A program made the position numbers and the translations under genes. A stretch of 64,000 nucleotides of DNA from Eledone cirrhosa. Its lineage: Eukaryota. The notes beneath the pieces are model-generated. The model did no database searches, was not told the DNA's origin, and was given only the letters and a program-made list of their open reading frames with translations. Position 1 is the first letter of the stretch, and the number at the start of each line of letters is the position of its first letter. Positions 13,529 to 27,439 of the stretch are shown here, piece after piece. Location: positions 142,538,001-142,602,000 of the forward strand of contig OZ024740.1 in the NCBI GenBank assembly GCA_964016885.1, given 5' to 3'.

Positions 13529-13778
13529 CGCGTGTGTGTGTGTCCATAACGTAATTGCTGGAATATTAGCCATTTCTTGGAGTCTCAGTGCAAGTACAAG
13601 AGTTGTCATGATATTCTTTTCTGGCGGACGAACTTGAGCCTGGAATGAGAAATGGCTGAGATATAAAACGATATCCATGCCTGTATTGAGTCATTTTCCT
13701 TTTGCCTGTACAACTAACGTATATACATGCATACATACGATTCTGTCCATGCATCCATGTAAGTGCTGTCGCTTCTTT

Positions 13779-13844
<66 letters not shown>

Positions 13845-14718
13845 TTGTATAAAGCTATGCTTGAAGCGAAATACTATTTATATTATATATATATATATAT
13901 TTATCTATATAGATATATATACATACACAAGCGTAAATACGTACATGCATACACAAACATTATACATACGCATGTATACACACATATATACAGGTACATG
14001 CATACAAATATGCGTACGTATACATACCTACATAGATACGTACATACTACATACATACATGCATACATACATACAAATATACATACGTACACGTACACAC
14101 ATATACATACTTACATACATGCATGTATACATAAATATAAGCACATGTTTATATATACACATACAAACACATGTAAATATACGTACATACATTACATACA
14201 AACATATACATACATACATCACACACATTACACTGCGCCGTTTCCTAGCTTTCGTCTTCGCCGTCGCAAAGCTGTTATTTTCAGTTTTCTGTAGCGTCAA
14301 TTCTCTTCTCACATCGAATCTATTATTATAATCATTGTAATTGAAATATGTAGCACACACAACAACATCCTTTTTCTATGTTCTTCTCATATGGCTTTTG
14401 AATCCTTCTTCAGTAAACTTTCTTCGCTCTCTTTTATGATTCTCCTGTGTTTGTTCTGTCTATTTGTTGTTGTTATTGTTGTTGTTGTTGCTGTTGTTGT
14501 TGTTGTTGTTGCTGTTGTTATTTTCCATTTTCCCTAGTTTTCGTTTTAGTCGCTGTTTATTTCTTTTCTCATTTTTCCACTTGAGTATATATATCTGTTC
14601 ACTAACAAATCATTCTTCATTGATATCAATGTATCAATATATATAGATACCGTCATGTTTAAATCGAAATGCAAACATAATACGTCGATGTGTATATTTA
14701 TTTGTGCATGTGTATTTG

Positions 14719-14809
<91 letters not shown>

Positions 14810-15059
14810 GATAGAGAGTGAGAGACAGGGAAGGGGAGAAAGAAAGAAAGAAAGAAAGAAAGGAAGAGATGGATGTATATATGTGTGAGTGTAATATATA
14901 TATATATGTGTGTTTGGGCGGTGCAAATATAAATGTATGATTATAGTTGTATGGTTGTAAGTGTGTACGTATGTATATGCAATGTAATCTATATATTTAA
15001 CGCATATTCTCTGGTATATTTATATATCTTTACGTTATATAACATATATGAATGTTTAT

Positions 15060-15156
<97 letters not shown>

Positions 15157-15360
15157 ATATATATATATGTGTATGTATATATATGTGTGTGTGTGTATAA
15201 ACACTGAAAATTTCTGAATGCTACAGTTAATATTTTTCTGCTTACAAAGAAAAGAAAGGTAAAAAGATAGGATTTCAATTATACAAATGTATATCTTTAA
15301 AGATATTAGATGATATATATGTGTACATATATATGTGCATGTGTGTGCATGTGCGCGCGC

Positions 15361-15463
<103 letters not shown>

Positions 15464-15873
15464 AAAGAAAAATATTCATGAGGGAAACCACAACCGATAT
15501 AGCAAGAGATTAAGCTACAAATAAACAGAAGTTTCTTTTTTTTACACAAAAATAATTTAATAAAGTTGTACTAGAATTAGCATGTATATATGTGTGTGTA
15601 TGTGTGTATGTGTGTACGTGCGCGCGTGTATGTGTTTGCATGTGTGCTTATATGTCTGTATGCGTGTATAGTATATATACATATACTTAGACAAACGCAC
15701 ACACCTGAACACACACAAACACACGCTCACACAAACATACACACACACATACACACAAACATACACTCACACACAAGAGACGTTAACATGAATGGACCTG
15801 TTATTTTTATCTAAAGACATTTTTTCTAATTCCACCCCTCCCGTCCCTTCAATCTATCTTATTTCTCATCCTT

Positions 15874-15909
15874 TCTTCTGATGAAGGACTAGCGTCCGAA
15901 ACGTTAAGA
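15874..15909 (+). ncRNA. Minimal type I hammerhead ribozyme motif (Penelope-type)
   Basis: TCTT-CTGATGA-aGGAC tagc GTCC-GAAAC-GTT-AAGA: stem I TCTT/AAGA, stem II GGAC/GTCC, palindromic stem III ACGT. Confidence 0.7.
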
Positions 15910-15979
15910 CCCTCTTCCTGCTATTTCAAGCGTTAACCTAATATATTTACCGATTGTGTTGTTATTTCTGTTTACCTTC

Positions 15980-16087
<108 letters not shown>

Positions 16088-16112
16088 CATATATATATAT
16101 ACATATATATAT

Positions 16113-16930
16113 AAATGAAAAGTATATAAATTATTATATATATATATATATCACGATAAATTAACGGAGCCATAGACTCTCGCTATTCCCAATGTGCGCA
16201 AAGGAATAATTAAAAGTATAGATTAAATACTTTTAATTATTCTGTGTCTACTCTGCCTTCCATGGGCTATAGATTCCACACACTGGTGGTTTTTCCCTGT
16301 TTGATTGATGGCGCACTGTCTCTCTCTCTAGTGTGTTATCTTTTCTACATATTGTATTATAAGGAGCTAGGGATTCCTTCTCCTTTGAGCACATTACTGA
16401 CAGGGAATAGCGAGAGCCTAAGGCTCCGTTAATTTATCGTGATATTTCGCTCCTTATAACAGTCTTTCCTCTTACTCCGTTTGGTTGAGCACACTTCTCT
16501 GAGTGGTTTGGACTGACCTTTCTAGCAGCTCGTCCCTCAGCGACCACTGGTTACTGCCCTAGGCACGCTGTGAATTCTCTCTCCCACGTGTGGCTGGACG
16601 GTCGCTTTACATTCTCTTAGAGTTGTCTGAAATATATAGCCTTACACACACTGATGAACCATGGGCTAATCATTTCTGTCAACAACTTATTTGGCGAAAC
16701 AGATCTTTTGGGATTTGTACGTGTGTTAGATAGTTATCGAGGTATGTATTTACACTTTAATTTATACTTTTAATTATTGTGTGTCTGCTCTGCCTTCCAT
16801 GGGCTATAGATTCCACACACTGGTGGTTTTTCCCTGTTTGACTGATGGCGCACTATCTCTCTCTCTAGGGTGTTATCTTTTCTACATTATATATATATAT
16901 ATATATATATATAATATGTAGAAAAGATAT
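16113..16930 (+). mobile_element. Penelope-like terminal repeat structure (direct plus inverted repeats) carrying a hammerhead
   Basis: 16227-16352 is directly repeated at 16764-16890; 16149-16205 is inverted relative to 16380-16444; flanked by (TA)n. Confidence 0.7.
16644..16726 (+). ncRNA. Type I hammerhead ribozyme motif
   Basis: ACACACA-CTGATGA-aCCA...TGGc-GAAAC AGATC ttttg GGATTT GTA^CGTGTGT: full stem III, GUA cleavage triplet, stem I with one mismatch. Confidence 0.7.
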
Positions 16931-16937
16931 ACACACA

Positions 16938-17249
16938 CAGTGGAACCTCGGCTCAGGAACGCCTCACATCACGAACATATCGATTCACGAACAATTTTTC
17001 CGAACGTCTCGAGTGACGAATGGTGTCTCGAGTAACGAACATGTAATACGGCAACAGTTGGCGACAAGCTGTGAGTATCGGCGAGAAAGTGTCACTCGCT
17101 GTGTAGTTAGTTCGTATAGTGATATCTATCTGTCTTTCACATAGAATCTCTCTCTCAACATTTCGTATGGGCAAAATAGTTTCGGTTTACGATTTCGAAT
17201 GACGAACGGCCTCCAGGGACGAATTAAATCGTGAACCGAGGTTCCGATG
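16938..17249. mobile_element. pogo/Tigger-like (Tc1/mariner) MITE
   Basis: TIR CAGTGGAACCTCGGCTCA... / ...TCGTGAACCGAGGTTCCGATG followed by TA. Confidence 0.75.
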
Positions 17250-17322
<73 letters not shown>

Positions 17323-17609
17323 GATATTAAATCAATGGAAACTATATTTATAAAACCATATTTATTTCACTATACATATTTCAGGGATACCAAATTAAAA
17401 TATGGTATGCCTTCATCAGATAAAATACAATATATAAACAGTTTTATAAATAATTTTGACGTACCCTATTAGATGCAACCATTATTTTTGGAAGCTGTCT
17501 GGATAGTGAGATGTTTATAATTGTTTTATTAGTTATAGTGTTAAGCACAGTTAGAAAAAAGACGGAGAAAAAGAAAAAACGGAGAGAGAGAAGGAGAGAG
17601 AAAAAGAAG

Positions 17610-17644
<35 letters not shown>

Positions 17645-18597
17645 GTAATATAGCGGTTCGACAAAAAGAAGTCGATAAACTAAATACCGAATATTGAAAA
17701 ATCAAATCATGGGGTCGATGTGATCGACTAAATCAATCTAATGGGTGCCCCAGCATGGCCACATTCTAATGACTGAATCAAGTAAAACAGTATACTTGTA
17801 TATATATATGTGTGTGTGTGTGTGTCCTGTGTCCATGTATATTTCTATATAGACATATATACACACATACACACACACATTACACACATACACACACACA
17901 AAAACGCACACATACACACATATATATGTGTGTGCGTGTGTGATAGAGAGAAAAAAGCGTGATTAAGATAATATATGTAAGTATATATGAACGTATGACT
18001 GTACGTGTAGCTGTGTGTAAGAAGAAATGGAGAGAGAGAGAGGGGGGAGAATTTGCCTTTGTGTGAATATTATTTGGTTGAAAGGAATAAGGATTGCCAA
18101 AGACTTAGGAAGAATGTATAAGCCTATAGAAAATTATTATGTTAAAACGGAATTTCAAGATATTCACTTATTCCGAAAATAACAAACTATTTCCAAACAT
18201 TGTGTTTTCAAAATAGACAAAAAAAAAAGATAGTGAGGAGGAAGAAGCACGCAAACAAATAGACCAACAAAAGACAGGGTGTGGGAATAGGTAGAAGAAG
18301 AAGAAGAAGAAGAAGAAGAAGAAGAAGAAGAAGAAGAAGAAGAAGAAGAAGAAGAAGAAGAAGAAGAAGAAGAAGAAGAAGAAGAAGAAGAAGAAGAAGA
18401 AGAAGGAGGAGGAGGAGGAGGAGGAGAAGAAGAAGAAGAAGAAGAAGAAGAAGAAGAAGAAGAAGAAGAAGAAGAAGAAGAAGAAGAAGAAGAAGAATGA
18501 TAGATAAACATCTATTACACATCTAAATGCTTTGTTAAGATGTATAAATAATTGAAACTTGGATAAGTTTGACGGGATTATGTGCAGTCACCTTAAA

Positions 18598-19052
18598 GTA
18601 AGCAGTGGGGTCTTGGTGGATTAGCGCCATAGAGCAAGCTGTGTGGTCTTGGTGGATCAGTGCCATAGAGCAAGCTGTGTGGTCTTGGTGGATCAGTGCC
18701 ATAGAGCAAGCAGTGTGGTCTTGGTGGATCAGCGCCATAAAGCAAGCAGTGTGGCTCGGTGGATTAGCGTCAATAAGCAAGCAGTAAGGTCTTGGTGTAT
18801 CAGCGTCAATAAGCAAGCAGTGTGGCTCGGTGGATTAGCGTCAATAAGCAAGCAGTAAGGTCTTGGTGTATCAGCGTCAATAAGCAAGCAGTGTGGCTCG
18901 GTGGATTAGCGTCAATAAGCAAGCAGTAAGGTCTTGGTGTATCAGCGTCAATAAGCAAGCAGTGTGGCTCGGTGGATTAGCGTCAATAAGCAAGCAGTAA
19001 GGTTTTGGTGTATCAGCGTCAATAAGCAAGCAGTGTGGTCTTAGTGGATCAG
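18598..19052. repeat. 35-36 bp minisatellite evolving into a 71-bp dimer
   Basis: Unit GTGTGGTCTTGGTGGATCAGTGCCATAGAGCAAGCT; later alternating 35- and 36-bp variants (GCAGTAAGG at 18781, 18852, 18923, 18994). Confidence 0.95.
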
Positions 19053-19709
19053 TAATGAGGTCTCATTGTTTCAGCCCCATAGAGCACGTAGTACTTTTGT
19101 TCTTGATCTGGCAGAAGACAGTTGTATTGCTGATTCAACTGAGACAACAGTCATCCTGTTGATCCGGTAGAGAATATATGTGCTGTTGATCCGATATAGA
19201 ATAGCTGTGCTCTTGATCCAACAGAGAACAACGACCGTATAGTTGATCCATTGGTGAGCAGTCATACTGTTGATATGGCAGGCATATTTCAAAATCTCTA
19301 GTATGTTATCCACATGACTCGCGCTAACTACGACGTAGAATAATTTCCTATAGGCCACTATTGAAATCTTTTTTAACTTCATTTTTTCTCCTTCTTATGA
19401 AAACAAAGAAAATTATTCCACTATCTTCCGACATTATTGCTTCGAAAGATTAACTTGACTTTGGTTTATACATTTTATCATTATTATTATTATTATTATT
19501 TTTTTTTTTTTATTGTTGTTGTTGTTTCTCTAAGTGATACGATTTCTTTTACTTGATTACATGCAAATATGAAAATAGCATCAGGAAAAAAACCTGAAAT
19601 GCCGTTACAGAATTTCTTTTTAATACGAAATCACTTGTGTTTGTAATACATAAAAAGATCTATAAAAAGCTCCCCTCCCGACTACCAAAAAAGAGACAAA
19701 TGTATGTAT

Positions 19710-19802
<93 letters not shown>

Positions 19803-20526
19803 TTCTATTCAAAGGAATTTTTCATATTTTGAAATATGGAATTAGAATTCGATTTTCATCCTATTTCCCAAGAGTTGGTTCATATCCTTTCATATCTGAA
19901 AAAGGAATCCCTTTACACTTTGATACTATTTTCAAAATGTAATTTAAGATGTCTCTGAAGATGAAATGGAGAAACTATTCTTGAAAATTCCGCCAATTGA
20001 ATCAATCGTATTTTATTTATTTATTCATATATTTATTTATTTAATTTTTCCCCGAAGTCTTAATATGTTGTTTGCTAAATAACCTTATTTATTCGTGGCG
20101 GCCTGCCGGCGAATTGTCTGTGCCGGGACTATTTATATTTACTTTAAGAATTGCTTAGAACTTTTTGTTATGACACAAAGAATCAAACTTATTTTATATT
20201 GTTTTATCATTTTACTATGTGAATAAAAATCTATTGAAACAATATAGTCAATGAGAAAAAAATTAATGTAACCTTAAGAGTCGTTCATTTTCTTCTGAGA
20301 AAAATATTGAAATATAAATTTAGGATTTACTGCAAGGTATATAGCGAACTATTTTGAGGTAAACAAAGATTTTAACAACTGCATATATATATATTGGTGG
20401 GGGTATGTAATTACATTTATATTAAATTACATAAAAATATGACATCATTAGATGACATCATTTTCATAAAAATTGATATTATGTGCACTTTTAAAATTCT
20501 TTTTAATTTCTTTGTCTCCATAGTTA

Positions 20527-20698
<172 letters not shown>

Positions 20699-20699
20699 T

Positions 20700-21047
20700 T
20701 AATATAGAAAAGCTTCTACAGGTAGAACAGTTTCATTCGGGAGAAATCTTCAGGAAGCTGACTGTCCAAGTAATTGGCGGTATTTATTTCTTTTCTGGTG
20801 GTAGGAGAGGGTGGTGATTAGGATGGGTGGAGGTCATTGGTTTAAAGAAAAGGGAATTCTTTAAAAACTATATTTAGAATAACAAAGGCAGAAAGAATTC
20901 TATAGACAGTCAGCTTCCTGATGATTTCTCCCGAATGAAACAGTTCTCGCCCTGTAGAAACTTTTCTATATTAAATATTTATACTCTGCTTTGTATTGAG
21001 TACCTTACTTACTGTGGTTACTCCCGATTGAACCTGGGATAATTCAT
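20700..21047. mobile_element. Fold-back Penelope-like end with a hammerhead core on each arm
   Basis: 20701-20766 is inverted relative to 20905-20972. Plus arm CTGATGA-tTTC tccc GAAt-GAAACAG...CTGTA; minus arm AGCTTC-CTGAAGA...GAAAC...GTA-GAAGCT. Confidence 0.75.
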
Positions 21048-21088
21048 ATATATATATATGTGTGTGTGTGCGTGTGTATGTGTGTTTA

Positions 21089-21420
21089 TTCTTCTTCGCC
21101 CACTTATTCCTGGGAGGGTTGTGAGGGCAGAGTCCTCAAACATTCCATTCCTTCCAGCGAGTCCTGTCAGAAGCAATCGTTTCAAACTGATCAGGCTACA
21201 TCCCCAAGCGAGACCAACCATCTTGATCAGGGTCTACTCCTGGCTCTCCTGTCGGTTGGTTTGCCCGTAAAATCTGTCCAGTGATTCTTTCCTGAGACAT
21301 TCTAACCACATGCCCATAGTATAGGAGTTGTGATCTCTCAATTCGGAGAAGTAGCGGCTCTACCTGGAGTGACCGTCTCATCTCCGAGCTCTGCACTTGT
21401 CGATAACGTTACTGCAAAGA
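21089..21420 (-). mobile_element. RTE-clade LINE 3' fragment
   Basis: LQVEPLLLRIERSQLLYYGHVVRMSQERIT C-terminal RTE motif; (GAA) tail near 21089. Confidence 0.75.
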
Positions 21421-22019
21421 CCCGTTAGAGGAACCCCATTTCGGCTGCTTCTGTTCGCGATCGTATTCTTTCTAACATGTTCCATAAAGGTCTTAGTGAT
21501 CAGGGAACACTTAGCGTGTTGATCAACACACTGAATAGGCATCCGTGAGATTCGGTGTTCGATTCTTTTCAGGCACATCTGACTACAGTCTCTGTCTCCA
21601 GACGTACTTTACCCGATTATCTCAACTATTAATTATAGCGATAGACTAATATTATGTTCATCCATGATGGGGCGGTAACATTTTATGCAAATATATGTGT
21701 ATGTGAGTGTGTATAGATTTGTGAACGTGTATGTTAGTTAGTTTGTGTGTGTGTATATATATATATATAGAGAGAGAGAGCGAGAGATTGTGTGTGTGTG
21801 TGTGTGCGCGCGCGTGCGTGTGCGTGTGTGTGTATGTGTGTATGTGTGTGTGTTCGTATGTGTGTGTGCGTGTGTGTGTGTGGTATGTGCAGATATACTT
21901 GCACCCATGAAGTTGGTACACATTTCTTTAATACACGAACGTGTATGTGCGTATGTATGTACATTTCTCATGGAGATTCAACGTGGCACTGCGTATGGCA
22001 AGGCTGGCTGATTCAATTA

Positions 22020-22152
22020 TAATTACAACTCATCTTTAATGGAGTGGAGCAACGTGAAATGAAGTGTCTTGTTCAACGACACAGCGCGCCACCGGGAAAT
22101 GAGCTCCCGACTTTATCGTTAGCTAAACAGCCTAACCATTAAGCCATGTGCC
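22020..22152 (-). mobile_element. Second SINE family, tRNA head fragment
   Basis: Reverse complement GGCACATGGCTTAATGGTTAGG...GTGTCGTTGAACAAGACACTTCATTTCACGTTGCTCC; homologous to 36133-36260. Confidence 0.65.
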
Positions 22153-22949
22153 TCCACATATACCATATGTACACATGTCATTGTGGGTATAGGTTCATTT
22201 CATGGGAATTAAATGGAGGATATTTGAAATGTCTTACAAATCTCCATTGTACCACTAATCGATTGGATTTGGAGAGTATGAGCCAGTTTGCTTTGTCTTT
22301 TCTCAGAAAGCCACATAATTTCTGTTTCTGTAGAGCCCGCATAGCGTTTATGGTAATAGGTATAAATAAGAATTTATAGCTTGGATGTTGGAGCTTTAAG
22401 TTATGTATTAGCTCACTATAGATGGTCCATTTTTTGACAACTTTGAACGAAACATTAACATCCAGTGGTTAGCTGTCCTCTACAACAGTGGATAACATTT
22501 GTTCCCTGTCTCAAAGAAGAATATCCGGTCTGTTTTCTTTGTACTGGATTGCTATATGTTCTACGAATATCCCTTAAACACTGTCTTTGGCAAAGCTGCA
22601 TCACAGTCACTACAATCCATCCAACAGGCTTCCACACAATTTTTATCTATTTAATTTCATTCACAGATTTCGCCCTTGCTGCACATATCCCCGAATGAGA
22701 TCGAATACGAAACCTTATGTTTGCGAAGCTAACCTACAACCATTCATCCATGTCTGCACACACAGATACATACACAAATATTATATACATATGTGTGTCT
22801 GTGTGTACGTACAAACATAAACATATACACATACACGCATATGCACATATATAAATGTGCGTGCGTGTGTGTGTGTGCGCGCGCGTGTGTATGTGTGTGT
22901 TAATGCAAAGACGACTAATGCAAGATGGCACGCTGTTTTCTTTCACAGG

Positions 22950-23620
22950 GAGCGTGAAAAGGGACAGCGCAGTAGGTGAAGGGAGGGAGCGTTAGGGCCT
23001 AGATTTCTGCGTGGTACCAGTGGTTGACGGATGAAGGCTAAGCTGAAGGGAGCGCTGATGTTCTCAGGCCATGTTGCTATGGCAGCACTGCGCCTCGATC
23101 TTGTGACATGGTCTGACCCAACGGTAAATGTCCTTATTATTGAGGTGAGAGCGCCTCTTAAGGGAGGCTACATGGAGCACGAAGATCTAGGAAAGTAATG
23201 TGATGCCCGGGGATAGCAGTGCACTTTCTTCCGGTTCGGGTGGGGAGTCGTAGATGCATGGTTAGTGTTGGATTTGAGAGGGAGAGCGGAGACGTGATAC
23301 AGGAGTTGGAGAGGGGGGTGGAAAAGCTTATTATGGATATAGCAAACATATTTAACCAAAAGACCAGTGCTGAAAGCAGACAGCAAACCCTCGGAAAAGA
23401 AAAAAATATCATAATGCCTGAATGAAGACAATGGTTACAACAGCACCAACATTCTGGTGATAGTAACATGGATAACGAGGAAAATTGTGCTTCAGCGTGA
23501 TACAGAAAACCCAGATATTCTCTGGTAGCGTCAACGTTGCTTGGCACTACTGAGGGGGGGGGGGTATTGTTGGAAGGTGCCGAAATCGTAGAGATCTCCA
23601 ATCGATATCTGACGAAGGGA
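22950..23620 (-). mobile_element. Highly degenerate Penelope-like RT fragment
   Basis: Minus-strand VCYIHN (RYIDD-like) and HITFLDL motifs in broken frames. Confidence 0.35.
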
Positions 23621-24110
23621 ATGTCCCGCTGTGCGAAAAAGGTAGAATGTGTGTGTGCGTGTGTGTGGGTTGGGGCTGTATTGATTCTGTTTCATATTCT
23701 TGTGATAGCAATGTAATGTTATTTAATTTAACTTAATTAAACTTATTTATTTAGGAAACTAATCAAATTCTTGTTTTCACTGATTCTTTTTCTATCATTT
23801 TTTTCTAAACTATTCACAAATCTTTTTAATTTCTGAGTTAAAGATTTCGATTTCGATTATGATTAAACATCTTTAATTCAATTTTTGAGCAATATATATA
23901 CCTGTATACATACACACACACACATATATATATGTATAATATATACGTATATATATACACGTATATATATATATATATATACACATACATATATATATAT
24001 ATACCATACCTGTACACACACACACATATATATATACATATGTTTATATACATGTATAATATATACTTATATATATATATACATATGTTTATATACATGT
24101 ATAATATATA

Positions 24111-24190
<80 letters not shown>

Positions 24191-24279
24191 CATATATATA
24201 TATATATACATATATATATCGACACATATATATACATATCTATACGCATACAAATGTATATAGATGTGTATATTTATAC

Positions 24280-24330
<51 letters not shown>

Positions 24331-24401
24331 GTTTTTGTATTTGTTTTGCAAGATTTCTTACCTGAAAACGTGCGTTGAAACAGATATTGTTATAAATTAG
24401 G

Positions 24402-24700
24402 TGGGTCATGCCAATAAGAACGCACGCACCTGTTGATTTTCACTTCAATTTGTTACAAATTTCCAGTTGGTTGGTTTAATAATCGGATAGTTGTTTATTT
24501 ATTGCCAAAGCTCTTTCGTCACACATTCTGAACCTACTATATTTGTTATTTTGTGTCTCTCCTTTGTTCTGTTCTACACCATATAGAAGAGCTTTGACAA
24601 CCATCCGGTTATTGAACCAATCAACTGGAATTTTGTAATAAATTGAAGTGAAAACCAAGGGTGCGTGTGTTCTTATTGGCAACATGACCCTCCCAAAGTA

Positions 24701-24707
<7 letters not shown>
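24402..24707. mobile_element. Fold-back element family B
   Basis: GGGTCATGCCAATAAGAACGCACGCACC... inverted to ...GGTGCGTGTGTTCTTATTGGCAACATGACCCTCCCAAAGTATAAC(TA)n. Homologous to 48028-48446 and 36400-36640. Confidence 0.8.
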
Positions 24708-24740
<33 letters not shown>

Positions 24741-24931
24741 TATATATGTTTGTTTGTTATTTAATTACTACCTTATGCGCTTCTCCGCGAACCCTTGTGT
24801 AGATGAAGACAGCAATTCTAATAAGAATTGAAGAATCCCTTGTATGTCTATTTATTTATTTATTTATTTATGTGCATGTTTTGTTCCAATTCTAACGGGC
24901 TGACTTAATTTACATTATTGTCTCTTTGTAG

Positions 24932-25735
24932 GACGTGAAAACCAGGATTCACAACAAAAACTCTATATAAAAAATATAGAAGACAACTGAACCGTAAACA
25001 TTTGAATGACGTATCAAATAAAGGGGATGTTCTAAAGAAATCTAAGAGGAATATTACCAAATCATTATAAAGAAAAGGCAACGCGACAAAAGCAAACGTC
25101 CATTTGGATTTTTAAAAAGAGCGAGAGAGAGAGCAGAAAGCACAGAATAATATTAATGGATGTTAAAGAATTAAATTCCTAAAATTATTCAAAGAAATTT
25201 GCAAAAGAAAGAAATTTTTCAACTTGGTGAGATCATCAAGAAATATATATCTTCTAATCCTTTGTGCTACCGGTTATTATTGGTTATAAACGGACTACCA
25301 AAACAAACAAATAAGCTTTACTGTATGTATTACCTGTATAAATTATTTATATAAACCATATAATATCCATATACATAGATATAAATATATCCATCTGTAA
25401 ATATCTTAAAGACCCTATATTCTTGGAATTAATGCTATCAAAGAAAAAGTGGGCAATGCTAATCTGAACAAATATATATCACTGATGCTGACTAAAATTG
25501 CAGAAATAAATAATGATTGCCCTTGTTTGTCTCTCCTGATTATCCTAATGGCTATTTCACCCCTAAGTCTCTTATAAACGTGCTAACTCCAACCAATACA
25601 CATATTGTAGTGCATATAACTTAACGTTGTTTTAAATGAAACTGTTCTGCCAAGTCAAAGTATCAAAATAATACAAATCTCCCCCTCATCTGTTTTTAAT
25701 CTGCTCTTAAACGCCGCTCCAACGTTGCTGTCGCC
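24932..25735 (+). other. Putative 5' UTR portion of a host exon
   Basis: Branch-like TTCTAAC/CTGACTT, pyrimidine tract and acceptor TCTCTTTGTAG|G at 24931; repeat-free sequence runs to the ATG at 25736. Confidence 0.5.
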
Positions 25736-25938
25736 ATGAGGCCAGGCATCCATGCCACTGTGCTGCGAAGTAGGCACCAGCGTCACAGACGACATTATCC
25801 ACCAAGAGCGAATGCCTTTTCAACAAAAAGATTCCTTATTCTAGTGTTCCTCGGTTTTTCAGTCTTAATACCGGGTATAGCTCTCAGTGTGATTGGATTC
25901 CAGCCGGAAGAAAAACACTACTCAGAGGATCAGAAAAG
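25736..25938 (+). CDS. First coding exon of a small membrane protein (basic N-terminus plus one TM helix; loose resemblance to the TMEM200-type TM1)
   Basis: Kozak-like GTCGCCATGA. Peptide MRPGIHATVLRSRHQRHRRHYPPRANAFSTKR-FLILVFLGFSVLIPGIALSVIGF-QPEEKHY. Donor AAAG|GTAAAA at 25938/25939 (phase 2). No downstream exon identified. Confidence 0.7.
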
Positions 25939-26668
25939 GTAAAAGTACACAGAAAAATACATTCTAAAATATTTCGCTTTGGGTACATAAATAGCAGACA
26001 AAATAAAACTGAAAAGAACTTAAAATGACCCGTACCTGCTTTTTCTTTGTTAACCTTCACCATAAGATTTTCTTAACATTGAACTGAAAGAATTATTTGG
26101 GATTTTTTTCCAAGTGATTTTTTTTTCCGATACCAACCTGCTCCCCACCTCATACGAGGCTGTTTGCAATCATTTTCTGCTCACCAATAAATTGACAGAA
26201 CAGGGCGAGACAGTCGGATATGAGTCCCACAAAAATCTGCGGGAAGGCTTGCGCGTTTCATTCAATTTCATTTTGTCTGCTGTCTTATATTACCTGAAAC
26301 GAAATATCACCAACATTCTTTATTGTTCCTATCATTATTATCTTTATTAATATTATTATTATCAATCTTAATTAAAAACAGTCTTCTTTATTTTGCAATT
26401 TAAATTTGTTATTGTTATTATTTATTATTAACGTTCAGTTCCCATTTTAATTTTTAATTTTCCATTAACGTTTTGCTTATAATTCTAATTAACTTGGCTG
26501 CTTAATTTAAAATGCATTATCCTTTATTATTCCAATTGTTTCAATATTTTTTTATGCAAGTAAAACTTTGCTTATTTAAACGACTCCGATTTTATTTGTA
26601 ACTTTCTGCCTGTTCCTCCTCACTTTATTTTCTCCTACTTTGTCACTTGTTTCTTTTTTATCTTTCAA

Positions 26669-27088
26669 CTAGCAGAGGTACCCGGCGTTGCTCGGGTATT
26701 AAATAGCAGTTATGGATACCATTTATGTCAATACTTCAGTGCTGTTTCGAAAATTATACTTTTACAAAATCATCGGCTTTTTCCAAAAGGGGGTTCCTGC
26801 CCCCAGGGGTCCCCTACTCAATATGTGCCAATTCTGAGAGTTCACATTCATCTGTAGCCCAAGTGTCAAGTTTTATGAAAATCGGTTACGAACTCCAGAA
26901 GTTATGACGTTTTGTTGCATTGCACTGCAGTGCTTCAGTCGACTCCAAGGAAGTGGTTAAAGGGGGTTATCTGACGGGAGGCCCTATAATCAATATCTGG
27001 AAAAATGAAAGTGCCCATGAGCATCCGAAGTACATAAGTAACCTATGTCTTAAGTTTGGTGAAAATACTGTAGAAATGCATAAGGTTT
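26669..27088 (-). mobile_element. Non-autonomous Helitron (3' end at 26669)
   Basis: Reverse complement ACCCGAGCAACGCCGGGTACCTCTGCTAG|T: subterminal hairpin plus CTAG, the same terminus as 40743-40772. Confidence 0.75.
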
Positions 27089-27112
27089 ACACACACACGC
27101 GTGTTTGTGTGC

Positions 27113-27218
<106 letters not shown>

Positions 27219-27314
27219 TTGTGTGTGCGTATGTATATGTATGTGTATGTCCGTCGGCGCATACGTATGTACTGGCCTAAATCTTTACTATTTACTTTTA
27301 CTATTTTAAGGCAA

Positions 27315-27430
27315 AGTTAAAATCCCGTCGAGGTTAACTTTGCCTTTCATCATTACGGGATCGATAAAATAAAGTACCAGTAATGTACTGAGTAATTGCT
27401 GGCCTTGTGCCAAAAGTAGAAACAGCTATT
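27315..27430 (+). mobile_element. 5'-truncated SINE
   Basis: AATCCCGTCGAGGTTAACTTTGCCTTTCATC...GGCCTTGTGCCAAAAGTAGAAAC. Confidence 0.85.
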
Positions 27431-27439
27431 TTAATAACC

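Noticed and set aside
13549-13639. Minus-strand exon candidate after TTTCTCATTCCAG acceptor
   Set aside because: No convincing donor or recognisable peptide; unsupported without RNA data.
18598-19285. CRISPR-like regular repeats
   Set aside because: Contiguous tandem units without unique spacers; eukaryotic context; no cas genes.
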